Assembly: GCA_965203355.1 (NCBI GenBank)
Contig: OZ241889.1
Span: 2,784,001-2,848,000 of the forward strand
DNA from: Candidatus Latescibacterota bacterium
Lineage (GTDB): Bacteria; Latescibacterota; UBA2968; UBA8231
Direction: 5' to 3'
Length of the DNA: 64,000 nucleotides
How positions within the stretch are numbered: position 1 is the first letter of the stretch; each line of letters starts with the position of its first letter. A program made the translations under genes and the position numbers. The notes under the pieces were generated by a model. It was not told the origin of the DNA, made no database searches, and was given only the letters and a program-made list of their open reading frames with translations. Shown here piece after piece: positions 37,772 through 47,892 of this stretch.

Positions 37772-38506
37772 TTATTCTACGATATCTTCATCCACATCTG
37801 CCACCAAAGTGCCGATGTCTTGGCCGCGGCAGATGCACTCTATGGTTCCCTTGTCAGAGAAGTCAAAAAAGTGCATGGGCATCTTGTGATCGCGCGCCAA
37901 CAAGACGGAGGATTGGTCGGCAATGGTGAGGTCTTTTTGGATGATCGTGTTGTAGTGCATTCGCCGGTACAGCCTCGAGTGGGGATCGACGTGAGGGTCG
38001 GAAGTAAAGATGCCGCTGACTTGATTCTTGGCAAAAAGCAGGGCTTGGGACCGCGTCTCAATCGCGCGCTGGGCCGCGGTGTAGTCCGTAGTGACGTATG
38101 GATTGCCAATGCCGGCGGCAAAGATGACGATGTAGTGCTTTTCTAGGTGGCGAATCGCGCGCAACCGAATAAAAGACTCGGCTACTGTGTTGATGGGAAT
38201 GGCACTCATCACCCGAACCTCTACCTCGGATTTAGAGGTGAGAACCCCGCGCAGCATCAGACTATTGATCACCGTGCCCAAGGTCCCGATGTTATCGGCT
38301 TCGGCTCGTTCAATGCCCCACTGACTGGCGAGTGTGCCACGGAATATATTGCCGCCGCCAATGACGATGGATATTTCGACCCCACAGGCGTGCAAGTTGA
38401 GGACTTCGTCGGCAATATGTTCTAAGGATTCGGGATCAAAGCCCACGTCGTGCGGGCCGGATATAGCTTCTCCGCTCAGCTTGATCAGGACTCGATTGTA
38501 GCGCAT
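37772..38506 (-). CDS. pyrH: UMP kinase
   Basis: RVLIKLSGEA, VIGGGNIFRG, GIGNPYVTTD, DP motif. Confidence 0.9.
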   Translation of the reverse strand: MRYNRVLIKLSGEAISGPHDVGFDPESLEHIADEVLNLHACGVEISIVIGGGNIFRGTLASQWGIERAEADNIGTLGTVINSLMLRGVLTSKSEVEVRVMSAIPINTVAESFIRLRAIRHLEKHYIVIFAAGIGNPYVTTDYTAAQRAIETRSQALLFAKNQVSGIFTSDPHVDPHSRLYRRMHYNTIIQKDLTIADQSSVLLARDHKMPMHFFDFSDKGTIECICRGQDIGTLVADVDEDIVE

Positions 38507-38511
38507 AGAGG

Positions 38512-39960
38512 TTATAGCAGCCGCCCCTTTTCAATGGTGTGCGCCGCTGGATGGGCTGCGGCCAATTTCTCTATCCGGCCGACGAAAAGCTCGACTTGTT
38601 GGGTGGCTGCGCCCGTGAGGTGACGACTGCGGGAGATTGCGTCGGCGATCTCTGCTTCGCTAAGCGGAAAGCGAGAATCCACGCCCAAGCGATGGGCCAA
38701 TTCGCTGGTATTCTGGCCTTGTTCGCGCAGGTCGATAGCCGCGGCTATCGCGTGCTCTCTAAGAGCGGCGTGGGCCTCTTCGCGGCCAGCACCGCGTTGG
38801 ATAGCTGCCATCAGCAGCGTCGTGGTGGCGAGGAAGGGCAGATAGCGGTCGAGGTCGCGGGCAATGACCGTTTCATAGACGCCCATATCGTCGAGGATGT
38901 GGAGCGTGGTTTCGATCATGCCATCAAAGGCGAAACACCCATCGGGCAGGGCTACGCGGCGCACGACCGAGCAGGAGACGTCGCCTTCAAACCACTGATC
39001 GCCAGCCAGTGCGCCCAGCATGTGGACGTAGCCGCCGAGGACGACCTGTAACCCATTGACGCGCTCGCTGCTGCGGGAGTTCATTTTGTGCGGCATGGCC
39101 GAAGAGCCGACTTGTCCGGCGGCAAAGCCCTCGGTGAGCATGTCGTGGCCGGCCATCAGGCGAATCGCCCGAGCCAAATTGGCAACGCCAGCCCCGAGTT
39201 GGTAGAGGCAACTCAACACCTCAAAGTCGAGACTGCGGGGATAAATCTGGCCGACGGCCCCTAGCTCCCGTTGGAAGCCGAGATGGTGCCGCACTCGGCT
39301 TTGGAGTTGGCCGAGTTTGTCGGCGTCGTCGGCGAGCAAGGTCAGTTGGTCAACGGCTGTGCCAACCGCGCCTTTTAGGCCCCGCAGGGGATAGCGCTGG
39401 ACGAGCGCGTCAAGGCGGTCCAAGGCGACTAGCATTTCCTCGCCGAACATGGCAAGGCGCTTGCCAAGTGTCGTGGGTTGGGCGGCCGCGTAGTGGGTCC
39501 GGCCCGCGACGGCAAGTTCCTTCCATTGCCGGGCGCGCTGGCCTAGACGCGAGAGGAGGGCCACGTACTTGACCTGCATGTGCTGCAAGGAGCGGAGAAT
39601 CTGATACTGCTCGACATTGTCGGTCAGGTCGCGGCTGGTCATTCCCTTGTGAATGTGCTCGCAGCCGGCTAAGCTGCAAAATTCTTCAATACGCGCTTTG
39701 ACATCGTGCCGCAAAACGGCTTCGCGTCGCGCGATGGATTCGAGGTCAACTTGATCCTTGACGCACTCGTAGGCACTTATGGCTGCGGTGGGCACATCGA
39801 GTCCTAAGTCTCGCTGTGCTTTGAGGATGGCAATCCACAGCTCGCGCTCGATGATGATGCGACCACGCTCAGACCACAGGTCTTGGATTGCTTGGCTGGC
39901 ATAGCGCTGGGCGAGAACATTGGCAATGGCTGTAGGCATGACGCGATTTATCATAAGCAT
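38512..39960 (-). CDS. purB: Adenylosuccinate lyase
   Basis: RHDVKA, IHKGMTSRD, GRTH..AQPTT, GSSAMPHKMN. Confidence 0.95.
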   Translation of the reverse strand: MLMINRVMPTAIANVLAQRYASQAIQDLWSERGRIIIERELWIAILKAQRDLGLDVPTAAISAYECVKDQVDLESIARREAVLRHDVKARIEEFCSLAGCEHIHKGMTSRDLTDNVEQYQILRSLQHMQVKYVALLSRLGQRARQWKELAVAGRTHYAAAQPTTLGKRLAMFGEEMLVALDRLDALVQRYPLRGLKGAVGTAVDQLTLLADDADKLGQLQSRVRHHLGFQRELGAVGQIYPRSLDFEVLSCLYQLGAGVANLARAIRLMAGHDMLTEGFAAGQVGSSAMPHKMNSRSSERVNGLQVVLGGYVHMLGALAGDQWFEGDVSCSVVRRVALPDGCFAFDGMIETTLHILDDMGVYETVIARDLDRYLPFLATTTLLMAAIQRGAGREEAHAALREHAIAAAIDLREQGQNTSELAHRLGVDSRFPLSEAEIADAISRSRHLTGAATQQVELFVGRIEKLAAAHPAAHTIEKGRLL

Positions 39961-40087
39961 TGTGCATCATCAACGCCAATGGTGCGTCAAATTAGCCCTA
40001 GCCATCGCCAATAGGGCAAAAAATAAAAAGCCCCGAATTTTGAAAAGAGCGACCTAAACCTATTATTTTGCATAGAGGATACGTGCA

Positions 40088-41518
40088 ATGGCTCAACTGA
40101 AGTCCATCCGCCTGCGCTTAGACAAGCCTTTGACCGGGCCGTACGATCGCCTTTTGCGTCGTCCTGGTCCCGAAGTCGCCGCCTTGGTAGCGGGCGAAAC
40201 GGTGGCGATCCTTCGCGGTACGCGGCTGCTGAAAGCCATGCCCTTATGGGAAAGCGAGGTCGCATGTTATCGCACCAGCGGGAAGTGGAGCAGCGGGTGG
40301 TCGCCGGAAGAGTTTAGCAACGCCCAGCAAGCCGAGGGCTGGGCCGAGAAGGGGCTGGTGGATTCGCTGGCCGTGCCCATCGGCTACTTCAAGCTGCCCA
40401 ATGCCGCTTGGGTCGGTGCATTGGCCGCCGAACTGACGCCGTGGACGGCCGAGGCGGTCGAAGCATGGCGGGCGGGGATTGAGCGGGACCTTTGGCTGAC
40501 GGTGCTGAGGGTATATCGCTGTGCGCCCGTGCAACCGAAATTTTTGCGACAAACAGACTCGTACCTTCGCGTTAGGCCCTTTGAGGTCGAGCAATTGCAA
40601 CCAGTCGTTTTAGCCAGTGAACTCGAACAGCGCATGGAACAGGTACAAGAGGTGGTAGAACGGTACGCGCGCGGCGGTACCCGGGTGGACGCAAGCTACG
40701 ACCCCGAAGCCTTCACGGCCGAGACCGGCTACAGTGCGGATCAGCTAAAGGGCTGGATTGACCAATGGCGGCGCAAACAGCAACTCATCCTATACGGCCC
40801 GCCCGGCACCGGCAAGACGTACTTGGCTGAGCGCCTAGCGCGCTATCTGGTCAATGGCGGTGGTTTTAGCGAACTCGTGCAATTCCACGCCTCGTACGCG
40901 TATGAGGATTTCGTCCAAGGGATTCGGCCTCAAGTGATAGAAGGCGCATTGCACTACGAATTGGCGGCGGGGCACTTTCGGCGGTTTTGTGCCAAGGCGC
41001 ACCAAGCTGGAGAAAGCCCCTGCGCGTTGATCATCGACGAAATCAACCGCGCAAACCTCGCGCGTATTTTCGGCGAGCTAATGTATTTGCTGGAATACCG
41101 CCACCGCTCAATCGCGCTGGCCGCTGGCGGTCCCGAATTTTCGATCCCGGCCAACGTCTATCTCATCGGCACGATGAACACGGCCGATCGCTCAATCGCC
41201 TTGGTTGACCAAGCCATGCGGCGGCGATTCAGCTTTATCCGTCTGCGGCCCAACTACCAGCTTTTGGCCAATCATCTCGATAACAGGGGGATAGCCCCAG
41301 AGAAATGGGTCGCGCTACTAAAAGAAATAAATCAATCCATCGGAGACGCGGACTGCGCTCTAGGCATTTCTTTCTTTATGGTTGCCGATATCGCAACGGC
41401 GCTGGCGCCTATTTGGCAAGGTGAGGTAGAGCCGTATCTGGAGGAGGTGTTTTTTGATCGCCCAGACCAGATGGCTCGCTTTCGCTGGTCTAAAGTCGCT
41501 GGGCGGTTGCAGGATTGA
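40088..41518 (+). CDS. mcrB: McrB-family AAA+ GTPase with an atypical N-terminal domain
   Basis: [29 protein letters not shown], signature MNTADRS, MRRRF. Confidence 0.92.
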   Translation: MAQLKSIRLRLDKPLTGPYDRLLRRPGPEVAALVAGETVAILRGTRLLKAMPLWESEVACYRTSGKWSSGWSPEEFSNAQQAEGWAEKGLVDSLAVPIGYFKLPNAAWVGALAAELTPWTAEAVEAWRAGIERDLWLTVLRVYRCAPVQPKFLRQTDSYLRVRPFEVEQLQPVVLASELEQRMEQVQEVVERYARGGTRVDASYDPEAFTAETGYSADQLKGWIDQWRRKQQLILYGPPGTGKTYLAERLARYLVNGGGFSELVQFHASYAYEDFVQGIRPQVIEGALHYELAAGHFRRFCAKAHQAGESPCALIIDEINRANLARIFGELMYLLEYRHRSIALAAGGPEFSIPANVYLIGTMNTADRSIALVDQAMRRRFSFIRLRPNYQLLANHLDNRGIAPEKWVALLKEINQSIGDADCALGISFFMVADIATALAPIWQGEVEPYLEEVFFDRPDQMARFRWSKVAGRLQD

Positions 41519-42681
41519 GCATGCGACGCTATAAGCTGATCGAAGAAGAAGTGGCCGCGATTCCGGCACCCGAATTGGCGGTCGAACAGGCTCTGCATCT
41601 ACACGCCCAATATCCCAAAGAGCTGGAGGTCGGCTTCCCCAGCCCGCTCAATAGTCAGTGTTATCAACTCAGGTCGCGGAGCTATGTCGGCGTGGTGCCA
41701 TTGGGCGCGAATGCCGCCTTGGAAATCAATCCCAAAATACGCTGCTCACTGCTCATGCCCATGCTGGAGTACGCCTACCAGTTGCCCAAGATCAGCGAGC
41801 ACAAGGCCCCGGCCACGATGGGGGATATTTACGAGTTTTGGGCCGAGGTCCTGGCGCGCAAGGTCTTGCAACGGGTGCGGCGTGGGCTGTTTTGGGATTA
41901 CCAAACCCGCGAAGGCCCCGGTCGGTGGGTGCGGGGGCGCATGTACCCCGAGCGCAGCGGGCTGGGTATTCATCCCTACTGTCGTTTTGCCGAGCACACG
42001 CCCGATATCCTCGACAACCGCATCTTGGCCAACGCGCTGTCCGGCCTGCGGTGCTTTGCCTTTCGCCGCGCCAGCGTTCGGCAGATGGTCGGTCGGGCTT
42101 GGTGGACGCTGAGCGAGCTAAATTACCGCCACATTCGCCCCGCTGACTGCCTCGGCGTCGCGTACCATCGGCTCAACGAGGACTACCGCCCCATGCATGC
42201 CCTGTGTTATCCCTTGCTCCAACAGCGCAGTCCAGCTTGGGGGGTAGGGGACGAGGACGGGCCAGCATACCTGTTGCACATGCCGACCTTATTCGAGCGG
42301 TTTTGCACGGCGTTTATTGACCACAAGCTCAATCACCAAGTCGAACTAAAAGCCCAGTATCACACGCGACTAAAGGGAACAGAGCGGCTTTCCTTTCGCT
42401 TAGATATGGCCCTATTTTCGGCGGCAACCGGGCAACCGCTGGCGGTAGTGGATGCAAAATACAAGGCCGATGGTCCCTCGGAACGCGATGTGCAACAAGT
42501 AGTTGCCTATGCAGTACAACTCGGCGTCCGCCGCGCCTTTTTGCTCTATCCCAGTAGCGATATAGACGAGCAGTTCGGGGTTGGTCCGGTCGCCGTGCAA
42601 GCACTCGGGTACGACCTTGCAGCCGAAGATATAGAGCAAGCAGGTCAGCACGTGATTCGCAAGATAGAATGTGTCCTATAA
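41515..42681 (+). CDS. mcrC: McrC-family nuclease subunit
   Basis: YVGV..INPKI, DILDNRIL, MPTLFERF, PD-(D/E)xK RLDM..VDAKYK, DVQQVVAY; overlaps mcrB stop. Confidence 0.9.
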   Translation: MSMRRYKLIEEEVAAIPAPELAVEQALHLHAQYPKELEVGFPSPLNSQCYQLRSRSYVGVVPLGANAALEINPKIRCSLLMPMLEYAYQLPKISEHKAPATMGDIYEFWAEVLARKVLQRVRRGLFWDYQTREGPGRWVRGRMYPERSGLGIHPYCRFAEHTPDILDNRILANALSGLRCFAFRRASVRQMVGRAWWTLSELNYRHIRPADCLGVAYHRLNEDYRPMHALCYPLLQQRSPAWGVGDEDGPAYLLHMPTLFERFCTAFIDHKLNHQVELKAQYHTRLKGTERLSFRLDMALFSAATGQPLAVVDAKYKADGPSERDVQQVVAYAVQLGVRRAFLLYPSSDIDEQFGVGPVAVQALGYDLAAEDIEQAGQHVIRKIECVL

Positions 42682-42713
42682 AATTTAATATGTAAATAAA
42701 CAGATAAAAAATT

Positions 42714-43967
42714 TTAAGACTCAACGAGAAACAAACTCAAATCAGCCCAGTACGTAATCACGACCAAACAAGCCAACAGAATGAACAAAAAAGGTAAAGA
42801 GACTCGGTAGAGCCGATGGACGGGCTGTTCAAAGCGGATACTGGCAATGAAGAGGTTGAGGCCAACAGGCGGCGTTGAATAGCCAATTTCCAAGTTAGTT
42901 AAAAAAATGATCCCGAGGTGAATGGGATGCACATCGTATGCTTCGGCGATGGGCAGAATTAAGGGCACGACGATGAGGAGGGCCGAGAACATGTCGATCA
43001 TACAGCCAACCACTAGTAGAAACACATTGAGAAGAATCAAGAACAGCAAGCGACTGCTGATGTGAGTCTCTATATAGGCAAGCAAGCGCGTTGGAATTTC
43101 CGCATCAATCAGATAATTGGTATAGGCCATAGCCGCAGCCAAGACGACGAAAATGCCGCCGAAGAGGACCATGCTGTCGCAGATGATCTTCGGCAGTTGC
43201 CCAATGGAGATCTCGCGGCGAATGAGCACCACTACCACCAATGCGTATAGGGCACTCAAGGCTGCGGCTTCGCTAACGGCGATGATCCCCCCGAAGATCC
43301 CCCCGAAGATCACTACCGGCAACAGCAACTCCCAACTACACGCAACAAAGGCCTGCGGCAATTGACGCCATCCAGTGGGGGGGGCGGGCGCAGCACTGCG
43401 CCGCCCTTGAAACAGACTGTAGCAAGACAGAGCACCCACCAGAAGCAAGCCGGGGGCAATGCCGGCCATGAAAAGCTGGTCTATCGGCGTCTCGGATACA
43501 ATCCCGTAGATGATCAGCGGCAAACTCGGTGGAAAGAGTAACCCCAAGCTGCCCGAAGTGGTAATCAGCCCGAGGGAAAACGAATCGGGCAGGTGCTGTT
43601 GGCGCAGAGCGGGCAACAACAGCCCACCGAGCGCGACAATTGTCATCCCCGAAGCCCCGGTCAAAGCCGTGAAGAGGGCACAGACGACAATGGCCATAAT
43701 GGCCAGCCCGCCTGGTAACCAGCCGAGCAAAGCTTGAGAGAAACGCACCAGCCGGGACGGTGCGCCGCTTTCAGCGAGGAGAAAACCCGTGATGGCAAAG
43801 AGCGGAATAGCCGTTAAGGTCGGGGTTTCGGCTATCCGGTACATCTCGATAAAGACGACGGTTAAATCGATCTCAGCGAGGGAGAAATGCAAAATGGCCA
43901 TCGCGCTGATGACCACAAAAAGCGGGACGCCGGCTAGGGCGGCTAGGGCGGCTAGGAGGCTGCTCAC
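42714..43967 (-). CDS. dctM: TRAP transporter large permease
   Basis: LTAIPLF, FTALTGASG, GSLGLLFPPS, TPPVGLNLF; start moved to GTG 43967, overlapping the dctQ stop. Confidence 0.92.
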   Translation of the reverse strand: MSSLLAALAALAGVPLFVVISAMAILHFSLAEIDLTVVFIEMYRIAETPTLTAIPLFAITGFLLAESGAPSRLVRFSQALLGWLPGGLAIMAIVVCALFTALTGASGMTIVALGGLLLPALRQQHLPDSFSLGLITTSGSLGLLFPPSLPLIIYGIVSETPIDQLFMAGIAPGLLLVGALSCYSLFQGRRSAAPAPPTGWRQLPQAFVACSWELLLPVVIFGGIFGGIIAVSEAAALSALYALVVVVLIRREISIGQLPKIICDSMVLFGGIFVVLAAAMAYTNYLIDAEIPTRLLAYIETHISSRLLFLILLNVFLLVVGCMIDMFSALLIVVPLILPIAEAYDVHPIHLGIIFLTNLEIGYSTPPVGLNLFIASIRFEQPVHRLYRVSLPFLFILLACLVVITYWADLSLFLVES

Positions 43968-44440
43968 GGGGGTTCTGCCGGAATGCGAAGGCGGCGTACG
44001 CCCTGCAAGAGGAAGCGCAGGGCCATCAGCCCAAAGGCGAGGGGAAAGCACAGTTGGGCAATCCAAGCGGGGGTGGCAAAGAAAGCCGTTGTGCCGAATG
44101 CGCGTTCGTCGAGCACAAAGCGGATAGCGATATAGGATAGATAGGAGCAAAGCACGGCGGCAAAAAAATCCGCGCAACTCAGGGTAATAGCTCGCACCCG
44201 GGCGGGTAGCAGACGCAACGCAGCGTCAATGCGGATGTGTTTATCGAGCCGGGTGGCCACCAAAGCACCCACTAATCCAATCCACAATACAAGGTGCCGC
44301 ACGAGACTTTCGGTGCCTAAGAAGGTGATGGAGAACAGATTGCGGATGATGATCTGCCCGCAGGTTAGCACCAGTAAGCAGGCGACCAAAAGGACGAGGA
44401 AGCCGGCTTCAAGGCGATGGAGGAAGGGCGGGTCGCTCAA
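43964..44440 (-). CDS. dctQ: TRAP transporter small permease
   Basis: Four TM segments, QIIIRN, LVLWIGLVGA..KHIRID. Confidence 0.9.
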   Translation of the reverse strand: MSDPPFLHRLEAGFLVLLVACLLVLTCGQIIIRNLFSITFLGTESLVRHLVLWIGLVGALVATRLDKHIRIDAALRLLPARVRAITLSCADFFAAVLCSYLSYIAIRFVLDERAFGTTAFFATPAWIAQLCFPLAFGLMALRFLLQGVRRLRIPAEPP

Positions 44441-45441
44441 GGAGAAGCCCGGCGAAAGTCTTGGAGATGCCGCGCTATTTGTTCGTGGGCTTCGCGGGAA
44501 AAGGCCCGACCTACGAGTTTGGCTTCGGCTCTATCGACGAGTGTCTTGAAGTTCTCTACGGCTTTAGGGGCAACCTCGACCAAGGATAGGCCATTGGCCT
44601 GTAACACGGCCATAGCTTCGTCGTTTTCTTGGCGGTTGCGCTGCCCTAGAGCGATCATGTGCTGCTGCGTTATGCGGCGGATGTGCTCGCGGTCTTCAGC
44701 GGGAATTTTGTCGAAAGAGCCCTTGTCGATCAAGAGCGCACCTAGGGTGTAGTTAATCGGCAGTTGGGTGACGAATTTTGCACGGGTAAACCATTGGAGG
44801 ACAATGGTCGCCGACGGCGAGGCGTACACCACATCGATCAGATTGGTCTGCAACCCGAGGAGGACGTCCGGGATGTTGAGGGGAACCGAAGTGACGTCGG
44901 CTAAGCGGAATAGCACAGAGGTCAGCGGTTCATCAGGTAACTGCCATACCTTTTGTGTGCGCATGTCCGCGACAGTAGCTACGGGTTGCTGCGAGAGAAT
45001 GTGGACAAAGCCGATGTCGGCCCAACCGAGAAAGACATAGCCCCGTTCCTCGTATCCCTGTCGGTAAAATGCATCCATTTTCTCAAGCACGTAATCCACT
45101 TCGGCATAGTTGTCGAAGAGAAAGGGCATTTGCAACGCGAGCACATCAGGCAAGGTTTGGCTGACGCCTTGGCCACCAAAATTTCCGCCGTGGAGCTGGC
45201 CGATGCGCATCTTGCGCAAGACCACCTTCTCGTCGCCTTGGACGCCCCCGGGATAGATTTTGAACCCCACGTTGCCCCGGGTCTCGCGCCGCACCTCCGC
45301 ATCAATGGTGCGGAGGACATTGGCCCAGCTGCTGCCCTCCGGGGCGAGGGTGGCAATTTTGAGGAGGTGATTGGGTTGGGCCGCGACAGAGCTGGCTATG
45401 AGTGCGGCGACGACCGCCAAAAGTCCCTTAAAAGAAATCAT
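44437..45441 (-). CDS. dctP: TRAP substrate-binding protein (TatP-type)
   Basis: LKIATLAPEGSSW, IYPGGVQGDE..RKMRIGQLHG. Confidence 0.9.
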   Translation of the reverse strand: MISFKGLLAVVAALIASSVAAQPNHLLKIATLAPEGSSWANVLRTIDAEVRRETRGNVGFKIYPGGVQGDEKVVLRKMRIGQLHGGNFGGQGVSQTLPDVLALQMPFLFDNYAEVDYVLEKMDAFYRQGYEERGYVFLGWADIGFVHILSQQPVATVADMRTQKVWQLPDEPLTSVLFRLADVTSVPLNIPDVLLGLQTNLIDVVYASPSATIVLQWFTRAKFVTQLPINYTLGALLIDKGSFDKIPAEDREHIRRITQQHMIALGQRNRQENDEAMAVLQANGLSLVEVAPKAVENFKTLVDRAEAKLVGRAFSREAHEQIARHLQDFRRASP

Positions 45442-46297
45442 CAGCTTGGTCTAAGAGGATCTGCGCCTGTTTTTGGGCGGCGATGTTTTGCAAGGTAAGC
45501 TCCGGTACGACGTCTGCCGGGCTGTTTAGGGCTTGGTTGAGCAGGGATTCGTATAGCGTCCGGTCAAAAGTGCTCCGGGCATAGAATTTGGCCTTGGCTA
45601 CGTACACCATGAGCACCTGTCCTTTGCTGATGGCCACGGCGCGGTCGAAGTGTGCGGCGGCTTTTGCTGGGTTGCCGCCCAACATCGGCGGCAGGGCCGC
45701 GTAATAGGATCCCAAGAAGACATGGGAAGTCCCATATTGAAAGGTCTCGTCTTGATCCACGATCCACTGCATGAGTTTAATGACCTTGGGCAACTCGGCT
45801 AGTGCCGCCATGGATTCAATGTTGGCACTAATCCAAGCGCCCCAACTCGAGGCGGCCCAAAACACGACGGGCAGGTCTGAAGCATCTAAGTCGTCAGCAA
45901 CGTGGATAAATTCAACATACGGGGCTTGGAGTAACTCAGGTTGACTCAGGCGTAGAGCAAGGGCTTTGAGGCCGTTGACTTTGCCGCGGTGATATAGGTG
46001 CTTGGCTCGTTCGGGATCGTCGACTTCGACCAAAGTGGCATAAGAAGTATAGATTTCAGCAGCACTTAAGAGCAATTGCGGGTCTTGGGGATTGGCCACC
46101 AGCAGCCCTTCTAATAAGAGCAAGAAGGTCGGCACGCCCGAGGCGACCAAATCCAAGTCGTCGTGGCGAGCGGTGGCCGCGCTGACGTCCTCGATCAGCG
46201 ACCCCACCAGCGCGGCTTGCAACCTCGCGGCGCATCCCATTGGGCCAAAGGCGAGAATCGCGAGCAAGACAGTTGTCAAAATGTGTTTAGCTACCAT
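45428..46297 (-). CDS. TRAP TatT component lipoprotein (TPAT system)
   Basis: Lipobox-like MGC, DDLDLVASGVPTFLLLLEGL, PPMLGGNP..AHFDRA; directly upstream of dctPQM. Confidence 0.85.
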   Translation of the reverse strand: MVAKHILTTVLLAILAFGPMGCAARLQAALVGSLIEDVSAATARHDDLDLVASGVPTFLLLLEGLLVANPQDPQLLLSAAEIYTSYATLVEVDDPERAKHLYHRGKVNGLKALALRLSQPELLQAPYVEFIHVADDLDASDLPVVFWAASSWGAWISANIESMAALAELPKVIKLMQWIVDQDETFQYGTSHVFLGSYYAALPPMLGGNPAKAAAHFDRAVAISKGQVLMVYVAKAKFYARSTFDRTLYESLLNQALNSPADVVPELTLQNIAAQKQAQILLDQADDFF

Positions 46298-47367
46298 GCG
46301 GACCCAAGAGATTGACTACCCACTTCCTCCTCCTCTGTCTTGACGCGCAAACACTGCCACGGGTTGCCGACTTTAGCGCAGGCCGCAAAAATTTCCAAGG
46401 CCCTGGCCAAGTCCTCGCCGTAGGAGCGATAAAGCGCGGAAAAAAGCGTTAGATTGGCGTTGTAGCGACGATAAGACAAAAGCCGCGCATTGTTTAGCTC
46501 CCACTGGAGGAACCCATCGTACTGGTTGTGGCTAAACTCTGCTTTAATGAGGGCGAAATCGCGCTGGCACTGGGCAAAAACAACCTGTCGGTCGCGCAGT
46601 ACAACGCTGCGAGGCAAATTCAGTGAGTAGAGGCTGTCAAGTGCTGCAACCGTCTCGGCCATGAAGCGCCGGAAGCGATCTGCGTCCGCTCGGCGTACTT
46701 CGGCCTGTTGCAAAAGCGGGGTATCGGGGCCGAAGTGTTGCGCTAAGAAGAGCAGCGACCCTTGGCGGCCAATGAAGGTCGCCAAGTTTTCGTTATAATC
46801 GGTCTTACCCGGGGCATAGACGAGGGCATGCGTCAGTTCGTGGAGGATCAAATCGGCTAGCTGATCGGGCGCGTAGTCGAGCATTGAACTGAGAATTGGA
46901 TCGGAAAAAATCCCCAAAGTACTGTAGGCACTGACCGGGCGAACAATGGCATCGTATCCCTCGGCGACGAGGGCATCGCGCTGCGCATCGGCCAAATCGC
47001 GGCGGAAGAAACCTTTGTAGGGTACTTCGCCGACGAGTGGAAAATCCCAAGTATAGGGCGATAAGCGATCGGGTGGACAGGCGCTGACATTCCAACTGAT
47101 CGGGCCACCGCCCGTATCGTAGAAAGTCGTGTAATGATCGTCTGTTTGCAGCCCCACGCTTTTGGCGTAGCGGAGAATGGCTTGAATCAGCACTAGCTGT
47201 GTCCGAGTTTGCGCGGCCAAGTTGGGGCGGGCGAGGAGGGTTTGGACTGATATGCGCTTGTACAGTACGCGGCTTTGGCCGCGGGCTAGATGCCAATAGT
47301 AATTGAGGTTGCAGCCACAAATGCCCAATAGGCCAAGCCCGATGAGAACTCGAAATAAAAGAGACAT
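46291..47367 (-). CDS. Putative zinc aminopeptidase lipoprotein (DUF2265-like)
   Basis: CGC lipobox, WDFPLVGEVPYKGFF, AYSTLG.FSDP, HELTH + NENLATF. Confidence 0.85.
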   Translation of the reverse strand: MSLLFRVLIGLGLLGICGCNLNYYWHLARGQSRVLYKRISVQTLLARPNLAAQTRTQLVLIQAILRYAKSVGLQTDDHYTTFYDTGGGPISWNVSACPPDRLSPYTWDFPLVGEVPYKGFFRRDLADAQRDALVAEGYDAIVRPVSAYSTLGIFSDPILSSMLDYAPDQLADLILHELTHALVYAPGKTDYNENLATFIGRQGSLLFLAQHFGPDTPLLQQAEVRRADADRFRRFMAETVAALDSLYSLNLPRSVVLRDRQVVFAQCQRDFALIKAEFSHNQYDGFLQWELNNARLLSYRRYNANLTLFSALYRSYGEDLARALEIFAACAKVGNPWQCLRVKTEEEEVGSQSLGSAW

Positions 47368-47406
47368 CCGCGGCCAACAGCCACTTAGGAGCGTGCGCGA
47401 GCCAAT

Positions 47407-47892
47407 CTAGGATTTGCTGACGATCTTTTCTCCATCGAAGATCACATTGCCTTCTTTGTCGAGGACGCGACCATCGCTGGTAAACTCATACTTCATGGAT
47501 TGACCTAAGGTCAGATGGCGTTGTACTTCTTCTAAGTTTTGGTATTTCTCGATTAGCTTTTCAATCGGCCCCTCAAACGAAGTCTGCTGCCACTTAGGTC
47601 GGTTCTTGTTGTGGTCGGCCCGCTCTTCTGCCGTCATAATGGGCAGCCGCTCGGCAGCCGGGGTAAACCGGCCGGCCATGGCCTGTTGGCGGCGATACTT
47701 CTCGTGGCGCTTTTCCGACTCGGTCAGCATTTCCTCGGGAATAGTTTCGAAACTGGTATCTTGCTCCGCTCCTTGTTCCTGGCGTTTTTGCTGCTCTTCT
47801 TGGACCTCGCGCGAAAGGCGCTCTTGGCGCTCTTGGTCCAAACTAGTGTCGGTACCTAGTCTCCGCAGTACATGTCGTGCGGCCTTGTTCAT
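47407..47892 (-). CDS. Hypothetical charged protein
   Basis: 161-aa ORF fills the gap; AGGGGG RBS-like site upstream; Glu/Gln-rich helical N-half. Confidence 0.7.
   Translation of the reverse strand: MNKAARHVLRRLGTDTSLDQERQERLSREVQEEQQKRQEQGAEQDTSFETIPEEMLTESEKRHEKYRRQQAMAGRFTPAAERLPIMTAEERADHNKNRPKWQQTSFEGPIEKLIEKYQNLEEVQRHLTLGQSMKYEFTSDGRVLDKEGNVIFDGEKIVSKS

Noticed and set aside
43968-44177. N-terminal extensions in the ORF track (dctM; also SDR, speE, DUF350, aldolase, rsgA, metallophosphoesterase)
   Set aside because: They overlap upstream genes; downstream starts with an RBS or stop/start coupling fit better.
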